Positions 46,489 through 56,284 of a stretch of 64,000 nt of DNA are shown here, one piece after another. The stretch comes from Gemmatimonadales bacterium (GTDB lineage: Bacteria; Gemmatimonadota; Gemmatimonadetes; Longimicrobiales; Gaopeijiaceae), in contig REBS01000118.1 of assembly GCA_007692605.1 (NCBI GenBank), positions 45,532 to 109,531 on the forward strand. Reading direction: 5' to 3'. The position numbers and the translations under genes were made by a program. A model generated the notes under the pieces. It worked only from the letters and a program-made list of their open reading frames with translations, searched no databases and was not told where the DNA came from. The number at the start of each line of letters is the position of its first letter. Within the stretch, counting starts at the first letter, position 1.

Positions 46489-48324
46489 TCACGGGGCCCG
46501 CGGGGGCCGGCCTCCCCATACTGGAAGGTAGATCAGAAAGCAGGCCCGCGAGCTACCGGCTTCGGTGGCCAGCTGAACGCCGCCTCCACTCTGTTCCAGG
46601 ATCCCCTGAGCCGCGGGAAGGCCGAAGGCGACGAGCCCCTCGGACACCGCCTCCTGCACGCCCATCGGCGCGAACAGTTCGTCGGGCTCCCCCCTGACCC
46701 CACCCTCGGAGTTGTTCCCGACGACGAGCCGAAGAAACTCCCCCGGGGGCAGGGTGCCTCCGTGGACCGGAACCGGATCCCCGGACTCGGTGCGATCCAG
46801 CTCGATCCAGACCACATCGGGGCGGTCCGAACCGGAGTATGCCACGAAGGCCGAGATCGCCTCCCGCAGGTAGCCGGGGTCCACGTGTACAGGGGGCAGA
46901 TCCACGGGGGTCTCCAGCGAGAAGTGAACCCCCTCGGGAAGCGCCGCCCGAATCATTTCGCGGGATTCACCGAGGAGGCGCTCCAGGTGAATCGGACGGG
47001 GAACCAGCAGCTGCTGCCGTGAGATCGAGAGGAGTTTTCGGGCCAATTCCGCTGCACCGTCCGCCGCCTCGGTCACCGCCCGCAGGTCCTCTGCGACCGG
47101 GCTCTCCGCATCGACATCGGCGAGCGCGAGCTGGGCGTGGCTCTGGACCACGGTGAGCAGGTTGTTCAGCTCATGGCCCACCACACCCGAGAGTTGCGCC
47201 ATGGCGCGCACCCTTCCGGATTGCAGGAGTTCCCGCTCCATCTCCTTCTCGTGCGTGACGTCTTCGGCAATCCCCGCGAGCCGCGTGATCCGGCCCTTCC
47301 GATCCCGCACGGGAAAGGCCCGGTCCCGGATCCAGCGCCTACCCCCGTCGGGAAGGTCGATCCGGTACTCCACATCGTACTCACCCCGGACCTGGCCCTC
47401 GACCGCCGCCTCGACCCGCTGTCGGTCTTCCAGGCAGACCGGGTCCAGCCAGCTCGACGGATCGGCCATCAGCTCCTTCCGTGATCGCTTCCAGATCCGC
47501 TCGTAGCCCGGGCTCACGTAGAGCATTCGGGACTTGTCCAGGTCTGTGAGCCAGAAGACCTCACGGATCGCCTCGGTGACCTGACGGAAGCGCTCCTCGC
47601 TCTCCTCGACAGCGGCACGCGATCGCCGCAGACGCGACCCCGCGACCCACATCAGCAACGTACCCAGAATGGCCAGCACCAGAGACGACGCGACCAGGGC
47701 GATCCGGACCGAGCGCTCCAGGCCCGTCACCCAGATCGTGATCACGTCACCGAAACGTGTGTCCACCTCCATGAGGGCATGGTGCAGCCGATCGAGCTCC
47801 TCCCGGAGCGCCTCGCTCTCGGGTGACCCCGGCCCCGCCGTGTCGACCGATTGCCGGATCTCGGCGGCCACCCCCTCGATCCGCTGGAGTTGCCGGTCTG
47901 CCTCGAGCCACAGGCCCAACGCCTCGCGCGTCTGGTCGCGGCCGGCAAAAAGCTGGGTGAATCGTCTCAGCGCGGGGATATTCCCCGAGGTCAGGGGATC
48001 CGCGGAGAGGGCATCCTCGAGCCGGTCGGCGTCTCCCGGGAACTCGAGCACCACCTCGAGCGGCCGACGCACGGCTCTTGGGTATGTCAGCGAGGATTCG
48101 AATTCCCGCCACTCCTGGGGATCACCCGTCTGCGAGAAGGTCTGGAGGTGGATCATCGCGTCTCGGACGTCGACCGACCACCGACTCTCCGACTGCAGCA
48201 GGACCCGCACGGCCCCCTGTGCCTGCATCCCCACCAGGGTGACTCCCAGCATGCAGGCCACGGCCACGACCAGGATCAGGTACCCGGCCGCCAGCCGCAC
48301 TGACGGGCGCCGCGGACCGTTCAT
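46489..48324 (-). CDS. membrane-anchored PAS-domain sensor histidine kinase (no adjacent response regulator)
   Basis: N-terminal TM and periplasmic region, a second TM, a PAS block (FWLTDLDKSRMLYVSPGYERIW), the H-box GHELNNLLTVV and a C-terminal ATPase region. Confidence 0.8.
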   Translation of the reverse strand: MNGPRRPSVRLAAGYLILVVAVACMLGVTLVGMQAQGAVRVLLQSESRWSVDVRDAMIHLQTFSQTGDPQEWREFESSLTYPRAVRRPLEVVLEFPGDADRLEDALSADPLTSGNIPALRRFTQLFAGRDQTREALGLWLEADRQLQRIEGVAAEIRQSVDTAGPGSPESEALREELDRLHHALMEVDTRFGDVITIWVTGLERSVRIALVASSLVLAILGTLLMWVAGSRLRRSRAAVEESEERFRQVTEAIREVFWLTDLDKSRMLYVSPGYERIWKRSRKELMADPSSWLDPVCLEDRQRVEAAVEGQVRGEYDVEYRIDLPDGGRRWIRDRAFPVRDRKGRITRLAGIAEDVTHEKEMERELLQSGRVRAMAQLSGVVGHELNNLLTVVQSHAQLALADVDAESPVAEDLRAVTEAADGAAELARKLLSISRQQLLVPRPIHLERLLGESREMIRAALPEGVHFSLETPVDLPPVHVDPGYLREAISAFVAYSGSDRPDVVWIELDRTESGDPVPVHGGTLPPGEFLRLVVGNNSEGGVRGEPDELFAPMGVQEAVSEGLVAFGLPAAQGILEQSGGGVQLATEAGSSRACFLIYLPVWGGRPPRAP

Positions 48325-48477
48325 TCAACCTCCGGAATGGCCGGGGCCGCGAGGCACCCGCCCTTCATATTAGATTGGGTTGGGTTGGAGAGACGGTTCG
48401 ATGCGGTACGGGATTCGTTCCGACCCAATATGCCTTTTCGCGACCCCCCAGGCAAAGGCCGTCCAACCTTGAACCGG

Positions 48478-49515
48478 ATGGAAAACCCAGATTCAGTCGG
48501 TGCACCGAATGACCCGGGCCCCCTCTCCGTCGGGCTGAATGCGGTGATCGTGGCAGTCACCGAGGAACGCCCCCGAATCCTCACCGTCGCGGGTGGGGGT
48601 GAGGATGGGGACCCGGATCGTCGGTCCGACCGGGGAGGCGAGTTCCCCTCGGGTGGAGCGGCGCTCGACACCCTTCCCTTCGGCCCCCTCGATCCCGCGG
48701 GCGACCGCACCCTCGAGCTCACCCTGCGCGGCTGGGTCCGGGAGCGGACCGGATTCGACCTGGGGTACGTCGAACAGCTCTACACCTTCGGGGATCGGGA
48801 TCGGGGGTTGCAGCAGGGTGATCCGTCCAGACGGACCCTCTCGATCGCCTATCTGGCGCTGATGCGCGAAACCGAGGCCGAGAGCTCCGGGGCGGCCGCC
48901 TGGCGAGACGTATACGGATACCTGCCCTGGGAGGACTGGCGACGGGGGCGCCCCGCCGTGATCCCCGACCTCATCGCGCCCCATCTCGAAGATTGGATTC
49001 AGACGGCCCCGGATTCCCGGTCCCGCGAGGAGCGTCGGCTGCGCGCCGCCATCGCGTTCGGACTCGAGAGTGCCGACTGGGACGGGGACCGGGTGCTCGA
49101 TCGGTACGAACTGCTCTACAGCGTCGGCCTGGTCGAGGAGGCCTTTCTGGACCGGGGCCTACCCCGTCCGGATTCCTCCACCCTCACACTCGGGCGGCCC
49201 ATGGCGCTCGACCACCGACGCATGCTGGCCACCGCGCTCGGGCGCATCCGGGGAAAGACCCGCTACCGCCCGGTGGTCTTCGAACTCATGCCCGCCCGAT
49301 TCACCCTCCTGCAACTGCAGCGGGTGGTCGAGGCGCTGGCCGGTGTCCAGACGCACAAGCAGAACTTTCGTCGGCTCGTGGAACGGGGGGGGCTGGTGGA
49401 GGGCACGGGGGCCGTCGACAGTCAGACGGGTGGCCGGCCGGCGGAACTCTTCCGGTTCCGCAAGGAGGTGCTCCGCGAACGGCGGGCGCCCGGTGTCGGC
49501 CTCCCCGGAACCTGA
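48478..49515 (+). CDS. nrtR: NrtR-like Nudix-related transcriptional regulator of NAD metabolism
   Basis: The C-terminal winged helix [37 protein letters not shown]...[10 protein letters not shown] matches the NrtR DNA-binding domain pattern. The N-terminal Nudix-like fold has a degenerate Nudix box (...[10 protein letters not shown]). It lies directly upstream of nadABC. The start is uncertain (48430 or 48478). Confidence 0.7.
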   Translation: MENPDSVGAPNDPGPLSVGLNAVIVAVTEERPRILTVAGGGEDGDPDRRSDRGGEFPSGGAALDTLPFGPLDPAGDRTLELTLRGWVRERTGFDLGYVEQLYTFGDRDRGLQQGDPSRRTLSIAYLALMRETEAESSGAAAWRDVYGYLPWEDWRRGRPAVIPDLIAPHLEDWIQTAPDSRSREERRLRAAIAFGLESADWDGDRVLDRYELLYSVGLVEEAFLDRGLPRPDSSTLTLGRPMALDHRRMLATALGRIRGKTRYRPVVFELMPARFTLLQLQRVVEALAGVQTHKQNFRRLVERGGLVEGTGAVDSQTGGRPAELFRFRKEVLRERRAPGVGLPGT

Positions 49516-49565
49516 CGGACGGAATCCCCTTCCCCTCATCGGTCGCTTCTTTTACACTTTCGAGA

Positions 49566-49588
49566 CGGCGCAACCCGCCGCATTTTTT
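49566..49588 (+). terminator. short hairpin plus T-tract after nrtR
   Basis: CGGCG-caacc-CGCCG is followed by CATTTTTT. Confidence 0.4.
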
Positions 49589-49597
49589 GCTACCCCA

Positions 49598-49616
49598 TAT
49601 ACTCACATTGAGTATA
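49598..49616. promoter_or_regulatory. perfect 8-3-8 palindrome, candidate NrtR operator over the nadA promoter
   Basis: TATACTCA-cat-TGAGTATA lies 12 nt upstream of the nadA ATG and immediately upstream of its GAGGAG RBS, in an AT-rich patch that also holds TTGCTA at 49587-49592. Confidence 0.5.
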
Positions 49617-49628
49617 AGTGAGGAGAAC

Positions 49629-50684
49629 ATGGCCCCGGTAACGAGTCCAGACCCGACGTCCACTCCGTCCCCGCCCCCCCCCCTGGCCCTCACCCCGGAG
49701 GTGACCGAGGCGACCCGGGCGGTGTGGGAGCGCCTCCGCGGTGTGATCCCCGAGGTCGAGTGGGCCGTGCACGCGCCCTATATCGCCCGCATCGAGGAGC
49801 TGAAGCGGGAGCGAAACGCAGTGATCCTGGCGCACAACTACCAGACGCCCGAGATCTTTCACGGGGTCGCGGACATCGTGGGAGACTCGCTGGGGCTGGC
49901 GCAGGAGGCCGTCACCGCCGAGGCCGACGTGATCGTTCTGTGCGGCGTCCACTTCATGGCCGAGACGGCCAAGATCCTGAATCCGGACAAGACGGTCCTG
50001 ATTCCGGACCTGCGCGCCGGCTGCTCGCTGGCGGAATCGATCACCGGCGCGGACGTTCGTGAACTCAAGGCCCGGTATCCCGGGGTACCGGTGGTCACCT
50101 ACGTGAACACGTCGGCCGACGTGAAGGCCGAGAGCGACATCTGCTGCACCTCGTCGAATGCGGTGCAGGTCGTGGAATCGCTCGGGGTGGATCGGGTGAT
50201 CTTCCTTCCCGACGAGTACCTGGCGAAGTGGGTCGCCACCCAGACCGACGTCGACATCATTCGCTGGGACGGCACCTGCGAGGTGCACGAACGCTTCACC
50301 GCCGAAGAAATCCGGCAGTACCGCAGGGGGTACCCGGATGTGGTCGTGCTCGCCCACCCCGAATGCCCCCCCGATGTCCTCGATGAGGCCGACTACGTGG
50401 GCTCCACGGCCGGAATGATGGGGTACGTCCGGGACCGTCAGCCCAAGAGGGTCGTGATGATCACCGAGTGCTCCATGAGCGACAACCTCGCCGCCGAGAA
50501 CCCGGACGTCGAGTTCGTGCGTCCCTGCAACCTCTGCCCTCACATGAAGCGGATCACCCTCCCGGGGATTCTCCGCTCGCTCGAGACGATGGAGCACAAG
50601 GTCGAGGTCGCCCCCGAGATGGCCGAGCGGGCGAAGAACGCCGTCGAACGCATGCTCGCCGTGGGTCGGGGCAGCGGCGGCTGA
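49629..50684 (+). CDS. nadA: quinolinate synthase
   Basis: RBS GAGGAG. Shows [58 protein letters not shown] and AHPECPP. Confidence 0.9.
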   Translation: MAPVTSPDPTSTPSPPPPLALTPEVTEATRAVWERLRGVIPEVEWAVHAPYIARIEELKRERNAVILAHNYQTPEIFHGVADIVGDSLGLAQEAVTAEADVIVLCGVHFMAETAKILNPDKTVLIPDLRAGCSLAESITGADVRELKARYPGVPVVTYVNTSADVKAESDICCTSSNAVQVVESLGVDRVIFLPDEYLAKWVATQTDVDIIRWDGTCEVHERFTAEEIRQYRRGYPDVVVLAHPECPPDVLDEADYVGSTAGMMGYVRDRQPKRVVMITECSMSDNLAAENPDVEFVRPCNLCPHMKRITLPGILRSLETMEHKVEVAPEMAERAKNAVERMLAVGRGSGG

Positions 50685-50688
50685 TCCG

Positions 50689-52347
50689 TTGACTCCCTCG
50701 AGCGGCGAGGTGGACGCCGACATCCTCGTGGTGGGAGCGGGCGCGGCCGGCCTCTCGGCCGCCCTCGCGGCGGCGGGGGGAGTCGCGGCGCTGTCGGGGA
50801 CACCCGAGCCCTCCGCGTCGTCCGTGCGCTCGCGCGGCCGACCGGACTCCAGTGTGCTCCTGCTCACGCGGGGCCATCTCGGTCGAGACGGGGCGTCCCC
50901 CCTGGCGCAGGGAGGCGTCGCGGCCGCCCTCGACTCCGGAGACTCCGCAGAACTCCATGCTCTCGACACCGTGCTGGCCGGAGCCGGACTGAGCCGCGAG
51001 GATCGGGTCGCGATCCTGACGACCGAAGGACCGGGACGGGTGCGCGAGTTGATCGGCCTGGGTGCCCGATTCGACCGCGATGCGTCGGGTTCGCTCGAAC
51101 TTGCCATGGAGGGGGCTCATTCCCGCCGGCGGGTGATCCACGCTCGGGGCGATCGCACCGGCGCCGAAGTCACCCAGGTCCTGTCGCGGGCGATTCGCCG
51201 CCTGCCCTCGATCACGATCCTCGAAGAAATCGAAGCCGAGGAGTTGCTCACCGAGGGAGGGCGGGTGTGTGGCCTGCGGGTCCGCCGCTCGGACGGTTCG
51301 GCCGGCGCGCTCCGGGCCGATGCCGTCGTCCTGGCCACCGGTGGACTCTGTCACCTCTACCTGCGTACGACGACCCCGAGGTCCACGACCGGAGATGGGA
51401 TCGCGATGGCGATGCGGGCCGGGGCGGCGGTTGCCGACATGGAGTTCGTGCAATTCCACCCCACCGCGATGGCCGTCGACTCCGACCCGCTCCCCCTGGT
51501 CACCGAGGCCCTGCGAGGCGAGGGTGCACGGCTGGTCGACGCCTCGGGCCGGGGAATCGACTTTCCCGACGAAAGTGGTGAACTCTCGCCGCGCGATGTC
51601 GTCGCCCGCGTCCTCTGGGACCTCACTCGTGCCGGAGGCGAGGTCTTCCTGGATGCCCGTGACACTCCGGGCGCCGACTTCCCGGACCGGTTTCCAGGGG
51701 TGTTCTCCCTCTGCCGTCGCCATGGGATCGACCCCCGAGAGTCGCTGATTCCCGTGACGCCCGCCGCCCACTATCACATGGGCGGGATCGAAGTCGACGA
51801 GGAGGGTCGCACCACCCTGCCGGGGCTCTGGGCGGCCGGCGAGGTCGCTTCGACCGGAGTGCACGGGGCCAACCGGCTGGCGAGCAACTCCCTTCTCGAG
51901 GGGCTCGTCTTCGGGGCCCGCGCCGGAGCTTCGGCTCGCCGTGGGCTGCCGGCCGAGACCGATGAGGGTGATGGCCGGCGCCCAGCCAACCGGGATCGCG
52001 TCGTTTCCCCCGGGCCCGATTCGATTTCCGCGCCAGACACTCCCGAGGCCGGGAGGAATCCCGGGAAGCCCGACGAGGCCGCACTGGAGGCCGACATGCA
52101 GAGCCTCCGTGCGATCCTCTGGGAACGGGTGGGTGTGGTTCGAGACGCCGGGGGACTGCGGGAAGCAATCGATGCGATCGACCAGCTCGCGGAGCGCACG
52201 CTCCCCGACTCCGTCCCCGGTCGACGACTGCGCAACGCACTGCAGGTCGCTCGACAGATCGCAGTCTCGGCGCTGGCTCGCGAAGAGAGTCGGGGCAGCC
52301 ACTTCCGAAGAGACTTTCCCATCACACGAACAGCGGCCACTCCATGA
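50689..52347 (+). CDS. nadB: L-aspartate oxidase
   Basis: TTG start. Shows DILVVGAGAAGLSAAL, PLAQGGVAAAL, HYHMGGI, GLWAAGEVASTGVHGANRLASNSLLEG and ESRGSHFR. Confidence 0.9.
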   Translation: MTPSSGEVDADILVVGAGAAGLSAALAAAGGVAALSGTPEPSASSVRSRGRPDSSVLLLTRGHLGRDGASPLAQGGVAAALDSGDSAELHALDTVLAGAGLSREDRVAILTTEGPGRVRELIGLGARFDRDASGSLELAMEGAHSRRRVIHARGDRTGAEVTQVLSRAIRRLPSITILEEIEAEELLTEGGRVCGLRVRRSDGSAGALRADAVVLATGGLCHLYLRTTTPRSTTGDGIAMAMRAGAAVADMEFVQFHPTAMAVDSDPLPLVTEALRGEGARLVDASGRGIDFPDESGELSPRDVVARVLWDLTRAGGEVFLDARDTPGADFPDRFPGVFSLCRRHGIDPRESLIPVTPAAHYHMGGIEVDEEGRTTLPGLWAAGEVASTGVHGANRLASNSLLEGLVFGARAGASARRGLPAETDEGDGRRPANRDRVVSPGPDSISAPDTPEAGRNPGKPDEAALEADMQSLRAILWERVGVVRDAGGLREAIDAIDQLAERTLPDSVPGRRLRNALQVARQIAVSALAREESRGSHFRRDFPITRTAATP

Positions 52348-53186
52348 TCCAGCTCCTCTATGAAGACCTGGTCCGCCGGACCCTGCGGGAAGACCTGGGA
52401 CGAGGGGGTGATCTCACGAGTGAGGCCACGATCCCCTCCGGGACCCGAGGCGCCGGGACGCTTCTGGTCCGCGAGGCCGGGGTGGTGGCGGGACTCGAGA
52501 TCGCGCTGCTCGCCTTCCGCCTTCTCGACCCCGACGTCTCGATCGAGGTCCAGGTCGGCGACGGGAGCGCCGTCGAGCCCGCCACCACCCTGGCGCGGCT
52601 CGAGGGCGATGCCCGATGCCTGCTCGCCGCCGAGCGCACCGCGCTGAACTTCCTGGGCCACCTGTCGGGCATCGCCACCACGACCCGCTCCGTCGTCGAC
52701 GCCGTCGAGGGAACCGGTGTCCGGATCGTCTGCACCCGCAAGACCACCCCCGGCCTGCGGGCCCTCGAAAAGTACGCGGTGCGGGTAGGAGGCGGAACGA
52801 ATCACCGGACGGGACTCGACGACGGCATCCTCATCAAGGACAACCATCGGCGCCTGGCGGGGGGCGTGCGTCCGGCAGTCGAGGGAGCCCGGGAGCGAGC
52901 CGGGCACATGGTCACGATCGAACTCGAGGTCGACACCCTCGAGGAGCTGCGCGAAGGGCTGTCCCTGGGCGTGGACGTCTTCCTGCTCGACAACATGGGC
53001 CCCGACCTTCTGCGTCAGGCCGTCGAGATCACTGCCGGGCGGGCGACGCTGGAGGCCTCCGGCGGGATCATCCCCGAGACCGTGCGGTCGATCGCCGAAA
53101 CCGGTGTCGACCTGATCTCGCTGGGCTGGCTCACCCACTCGGCTCGGTCCCTCGACGTCTCACTCGACCTGAAGCTGGGGCGCTAG
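52344..53186 (+). CDS. nadC: nicotinate-nucleotide pyrophosphorylase (carboxylating)
   Basis: ATGA overlap with nadB. Shows EDLGRGGDLTS, ERTALNFLGHLSGIAT, TRKTTPGLRALEKYAVRVGGG.NHR, ILIKDNH and MLDNM-type LLDNMG. Confidence 0.9.
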   Translation: MIQLLYEDLVRRTLREDLGRGGDLTSEATIPSGTRGAGTLLVREAGVVAGLEIALLAFRLLDPDVSIEVQVGDGSAVEPATTLARLEGDARCLLAAERTALNFLGHLSGIATTTRSVVDAVEGTGVRIVCTRKTTPGLRALEKYAVRVGGGTNHRTGLDDGILIKDNHRRLAGGVRPAVEGARERAGHMVTIELEVDTLEELREGLSLGVDVFLLDNMGPDLLRQAVEITAGRATLEASGGIIPETVRSIAETGVDLISLGWLTHSARSLDVSLDLKLGR

Positions 53187-53200
53187 AAGGCCACCGCGGG

Positions 53201-54001
53201 TCAGATCTCTTCGTCGCCGTCGTCCTCGATGAAGACCTTGGCGATCACCCGCGCCGTGGCGTCGAGAAGCGTCCCCCCCAGGTCGGCATCCATCCCCCTG
53301 GGGTCACCCAGGATCCCGTTCGCGGTCACCGAACGGAGCCCCCGCTCGAAAACGCGATCCACCATGGTCTGATCGAGATCGCCCATGAGCCCGGGCTCGG
53401 CCCGACCGACCCGCACCAGGTTCGGGTGCAGAAAGAGCATCTCCGACGCTTCGGCGATGTCGGCATGCCCTCCGACGTTGGCCCCGAGCCCGACCTCCTC
53501 CTCGACCACCCACTTCCAGACCCCCACGAGTCCCAGCAGGTCGGTGTAGGCGCTCACCCGTGCCTTCGGATCGAGGGCCGCGGCGGCCTCCTGAAGCTCG
53601 GGAAGCATCTCGGCCAGCGGCTTGAAGTTCCCCCCGTGCGAGGGCACGAAGTAGATCCGGGTGAACCCGTGCCGCACGAGGCTCACCACGTAGTCGTGAC
53701 AGATCGCCTTGAGCGTCTCGGGCCGAATCGAAACGGTGCCCGCAAACCCCATGTGGTGCTCCGAGCACCCGACGCGGATCGTCGGAGCCACCAGGGCGTC
53801 GCCCAGGTTGCGCGCCACCCGGATTCCCAGGGCCGTGCCCAGCTCGGCGTCGACGCAGAGCGGAAGATGAGGGCCATGCTGTTCGATCGCGCCCACGGGC
53901 ACGACCACCCCGTTCGTGCCCCGTGTGATCGAAAGCTCGACCTCGGGCCAGGTGTGGTGTTCGAGAAGCAGCGACTCGGGAAGATCGGAGGATTCACTCA
54001 C
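53201..54001 (-). CDS. creatininase-fold amidohydrolase family protein
   Basis: Shows VVVPVGAIEQHGPHLPL.VD and GCSEHHMGFAGT. The start is uncertain: GTG at 54001 fits the family N-terminus, while the longest ORF starts at 54115. Confidence 0.7.
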   Translation of the reverse strand: MSESSDLPESLLLEHHTWPEVELSITRGTNGVVVPVGAIEQHGPHLPLCVDAELGTALGIRVARNLGDALVAPTIRVGCSEHHMGFAGTVSIRPETLKAICHDYVVSLVRHGFTRIYFVPSHGGNFKPLAEMLPELQEAAAALDPKARVSAYTDLLGLVGVWKWVVEEEVGLGANVGGHADIAEASEMLFLHPNLVRVGRAEPGLMGDLDQTMVDRVFERGLRSVTANGILGDPRGMDADLGGTLLDATARVIAKVFIEDDGDEEI

Positions 54002-54187
54002 GGGTTCATCCGGCAGGTACGGGGCGCAACGCGGTCCCGAAGCATGGGAGCGACGGGGGAGGACCTCCAAAGATAAACGATTCCGCGCGTCTGTCTGCCC
54101 ACCACACCTCGCCACCCCACTCCACCCCCTGCCTCACCACCGTCCTTCGACACCGTCCTTCGCATCGCACCTCGCCATCGTGCCTCG

Positions 54188-56083
54188 TTACCGCACTTCG
54201 CCCTCCAGATAGGTATATCCCGCCAGACCGGCGATGTAGTCCGCGATGAAGGCGTTCGCCTCACTTCGTGGGAGCGACGAGGCCTTGGCCACCTTGCGAC
54301 GGAAGTTCGCGATCAGGGCATCGCTGTCGAACTGGACGTAGTTGAGCACATCGGTGACCGTGTCGCCGTGCATGAGACCGGCCACCTCGTATCCCCCCTC
54401 GTCGGTCAGCCGCAGGTGCACGGTGTTCGTGTCCCCGAACAGGTTGTGAAGATCGCCCAGAATCTCCTGGTAGGCACCGGTCAGGAAGATCCCGAGAATG
54501 TAGCGCTCGGCGTGGTCGAAGGTGTGCAGCTCCAGTCCCTGTCGACCCTCCCGGTCTCCGATGAACCGTTCGATCTTCCCGTCGGAGTCGCACGTCACGT
54601 CCTGGAGGGTACCCCGGCGGGTCGGCCGCTCGGTCAACCGGTGGATCGGCATGATCGGAAAGAGCTGATCGATGGCCCAGGAATCGGGGAGCGACTGAAA
54701 GAGCGAGAAGTTGCAAAAGTACCGGTCGACCAGCGTCCCCTCCATTTCGGGCAGGATGTCTTCCCACTCCTCGGGATCGTGCCGGGCCAGCTCCACCCCC
54801 CGCGTGACGATCGCCAGGTAGAGTCGCTCGGCCAGCGCCCGTTCCGGAAGGCTCAGCACCCCGCTGTTGTAGAGCGAACGCATCCGCTCCTTCCAGTACG
54901 AGGCGTCGTGATACACCTCGCGCAGCGATCGCTCGTCCATCCCGTGCAGCGTCTCGGCCAGGTCGTGCACCACCGCGTGCATCTCGTCCGGGATCTCGTC
55001 GCGGTCCTCGACGATCTGCGTCTCCAGGTCGACCACGTTCACGAGGAGCAGGGTATGGTGCGCCGTGAGCGCCCGCCCGGACTCCGAGATGATGTGGGGC
55101 ATGGGGAGTTCGTGTTCGCGGCAGCTCTCGGCCAGGGCGTAGACGATATCGTTGGCGTACTCCTGGATCGAGTAGTTCACGCTGGCCGATCCGGTCGACC
55201 GGGTCCCGTCGTAGTCGACCCCCAGCCCGCCCCCCACATCGATGTGGGTGATCTCGATCCCGAGTCGTCGGAATTCCACGTAATACCGGGCGACTTCGGT
55301 CATCGCCTCCTTGATGTTCCGGACGTCGGGGATCTGCGACCCCAGGTGGAAGTGGAGCATCCGGAGGATATCGGTCCGCCCGGCCGCCCGCAGCTTCTCG
55401 ACCACGCGCATGAGCTCCGACGCCGACAACCCGAACTTGCTCTTCTCTCCCGCCGTGTCCGACCATCGACCCGCCCCGGCCGCCGAGAGCTTGATCCGGA
55501 TCCCCGCAGTCGGCTGAACTTCCATCTCCTCAGCCAGCTTCAGCAGGAGATCCACCTCGGAGATCTTCTCGATCACGATCATCACCTCGTGGCCGAGCTT
55601 CTGACCCATCAGCGCGAGGTACAGGTACTCCTCGTCCTTGTACCCATTGCACACGATCAGATGGTCGGACCGATCGGTGAGCGCCAGAACCGCCTGCAGT
55701 TCCGGTTTGCTCCCGACCTCGAGGCCCAGCCCGTGCTCATCCCCCGCCGCCACCAGCTCTTCGAGCACCCGCCGCTGCTGATTCACCTTGATCGGGTAGA
55801 CGAGGGTGTAGTCGCCCTCGTACTCGTACTCGGCCATCGAGTTGGCGAAGCGGGTGACCAGGGTCTCGATCCGGGTCCTCAGGATATCGGGAAACCGAAG
55901 CAGAAGGGGCAGGCTCAACCCCTGCGCCTCGAGGTCGGTCGCGATCTCGTACAGATCGAGCCCCCGATCCGGATCCAGGGTCGGGTGAACGGTGACGTGT
56001 CCCACTTCGTTGATGTCGAAGTGCCCGACCCCCCATCCCGGAACGTTGTAGAGCTGGCGGGCGTCATCGATGGTCCATTCCAT
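54188..56083 (-). CDS. speA: biosynthetic arginine decarboxylase
   Basis: Shows MEWTIDDARQLYNVPGWGVGHFDIN, LPLLLRFPDIL, YPIKVNQQ and HFHLGSQI. The roughly 630-aa length is typical of SpeA. Confidence 0.9.
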   Translation of the reverse strand: MEWTIDDARQLYNVPGWGVGHFDINEVGHVTVHPTLDPDRGLDLYEIATDLEAQGLSLPLLLRFPDILRTRIETLVTRFANSMAEYEYEGDYTLVYPIKVNQQRRVLEELVAAGDEHGLGLEVGSKPELQAVLALTDRSDHLIVCNGYKDEEYLYLALMGQKLGHEVMIVIEKISEVDLLLKLAEEMEVQPTAGIRIKLSAAGAGRWSDTAGEKSKFGLSASELMRVVEKLRAAGRTDILRMLHFHLGSQIPDVRNIKEAMTEVARYYVEFRRLGIEITHIDVGGGLGVDYDGTRSTGSASVNYSIQEYANDIVYALAESCREHELPMPHIISESGRALTAHHTLLLVNVVDLETQIVEDRDEIPDEMHAVVHDLAETLHGMDERSLREVYHDASYWKERMRSLYNSGVLSLPERALAERLYLAIVTRGVELARHDPEEWEDILPEMEGTLVDRYFCNFSLFQSLPDSWAIDQLFPIMPIHRLTERPTRRGTLQDVTCDSDGKIERFIGDREGRQGLELHTFDHAERYILGIFLTGAYQEILGDLHNLFGDTNTVHLRLTDEGGYEVAGLMHGDTVTDVLNYVQFDSDALIANFRRKVAKASSLPRSEANAFIADYIAGLAGYTYLEGEVR

Positions 56084-56284
56084 GGCGGCGGCGGGCTGAG
56101 GTCAACAGGCGGAGCGTTGGTCTCCATAGGAGGTCCTCGATACTCGCGTCGAAAGCCGCCGTTCCATGCAGGCCGGGTGTGGGATCCGGGCTCCGGGTGT
56201 CACCACTCGTGGGAACAAGTGACCCACGTCTACGGTTGATAGGGTTCATTCTTCTGGAACCACCGACTCGGAGCGGGGCGAGCC

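Noticed and set aside
49516-49628. NAD+ riboswitch (nadA motif) upstream of nadA.
   Set aside because: The spacer is only 113 nt. It is already accounted for by a short terminator-like hairpin and the palindrome, which ends 12 nt before the ATG. I could not trace the tandem bulged-stem architecture of the nadA motif, so a protein operator is the simpler explanation. An Rfam scan would settle it.
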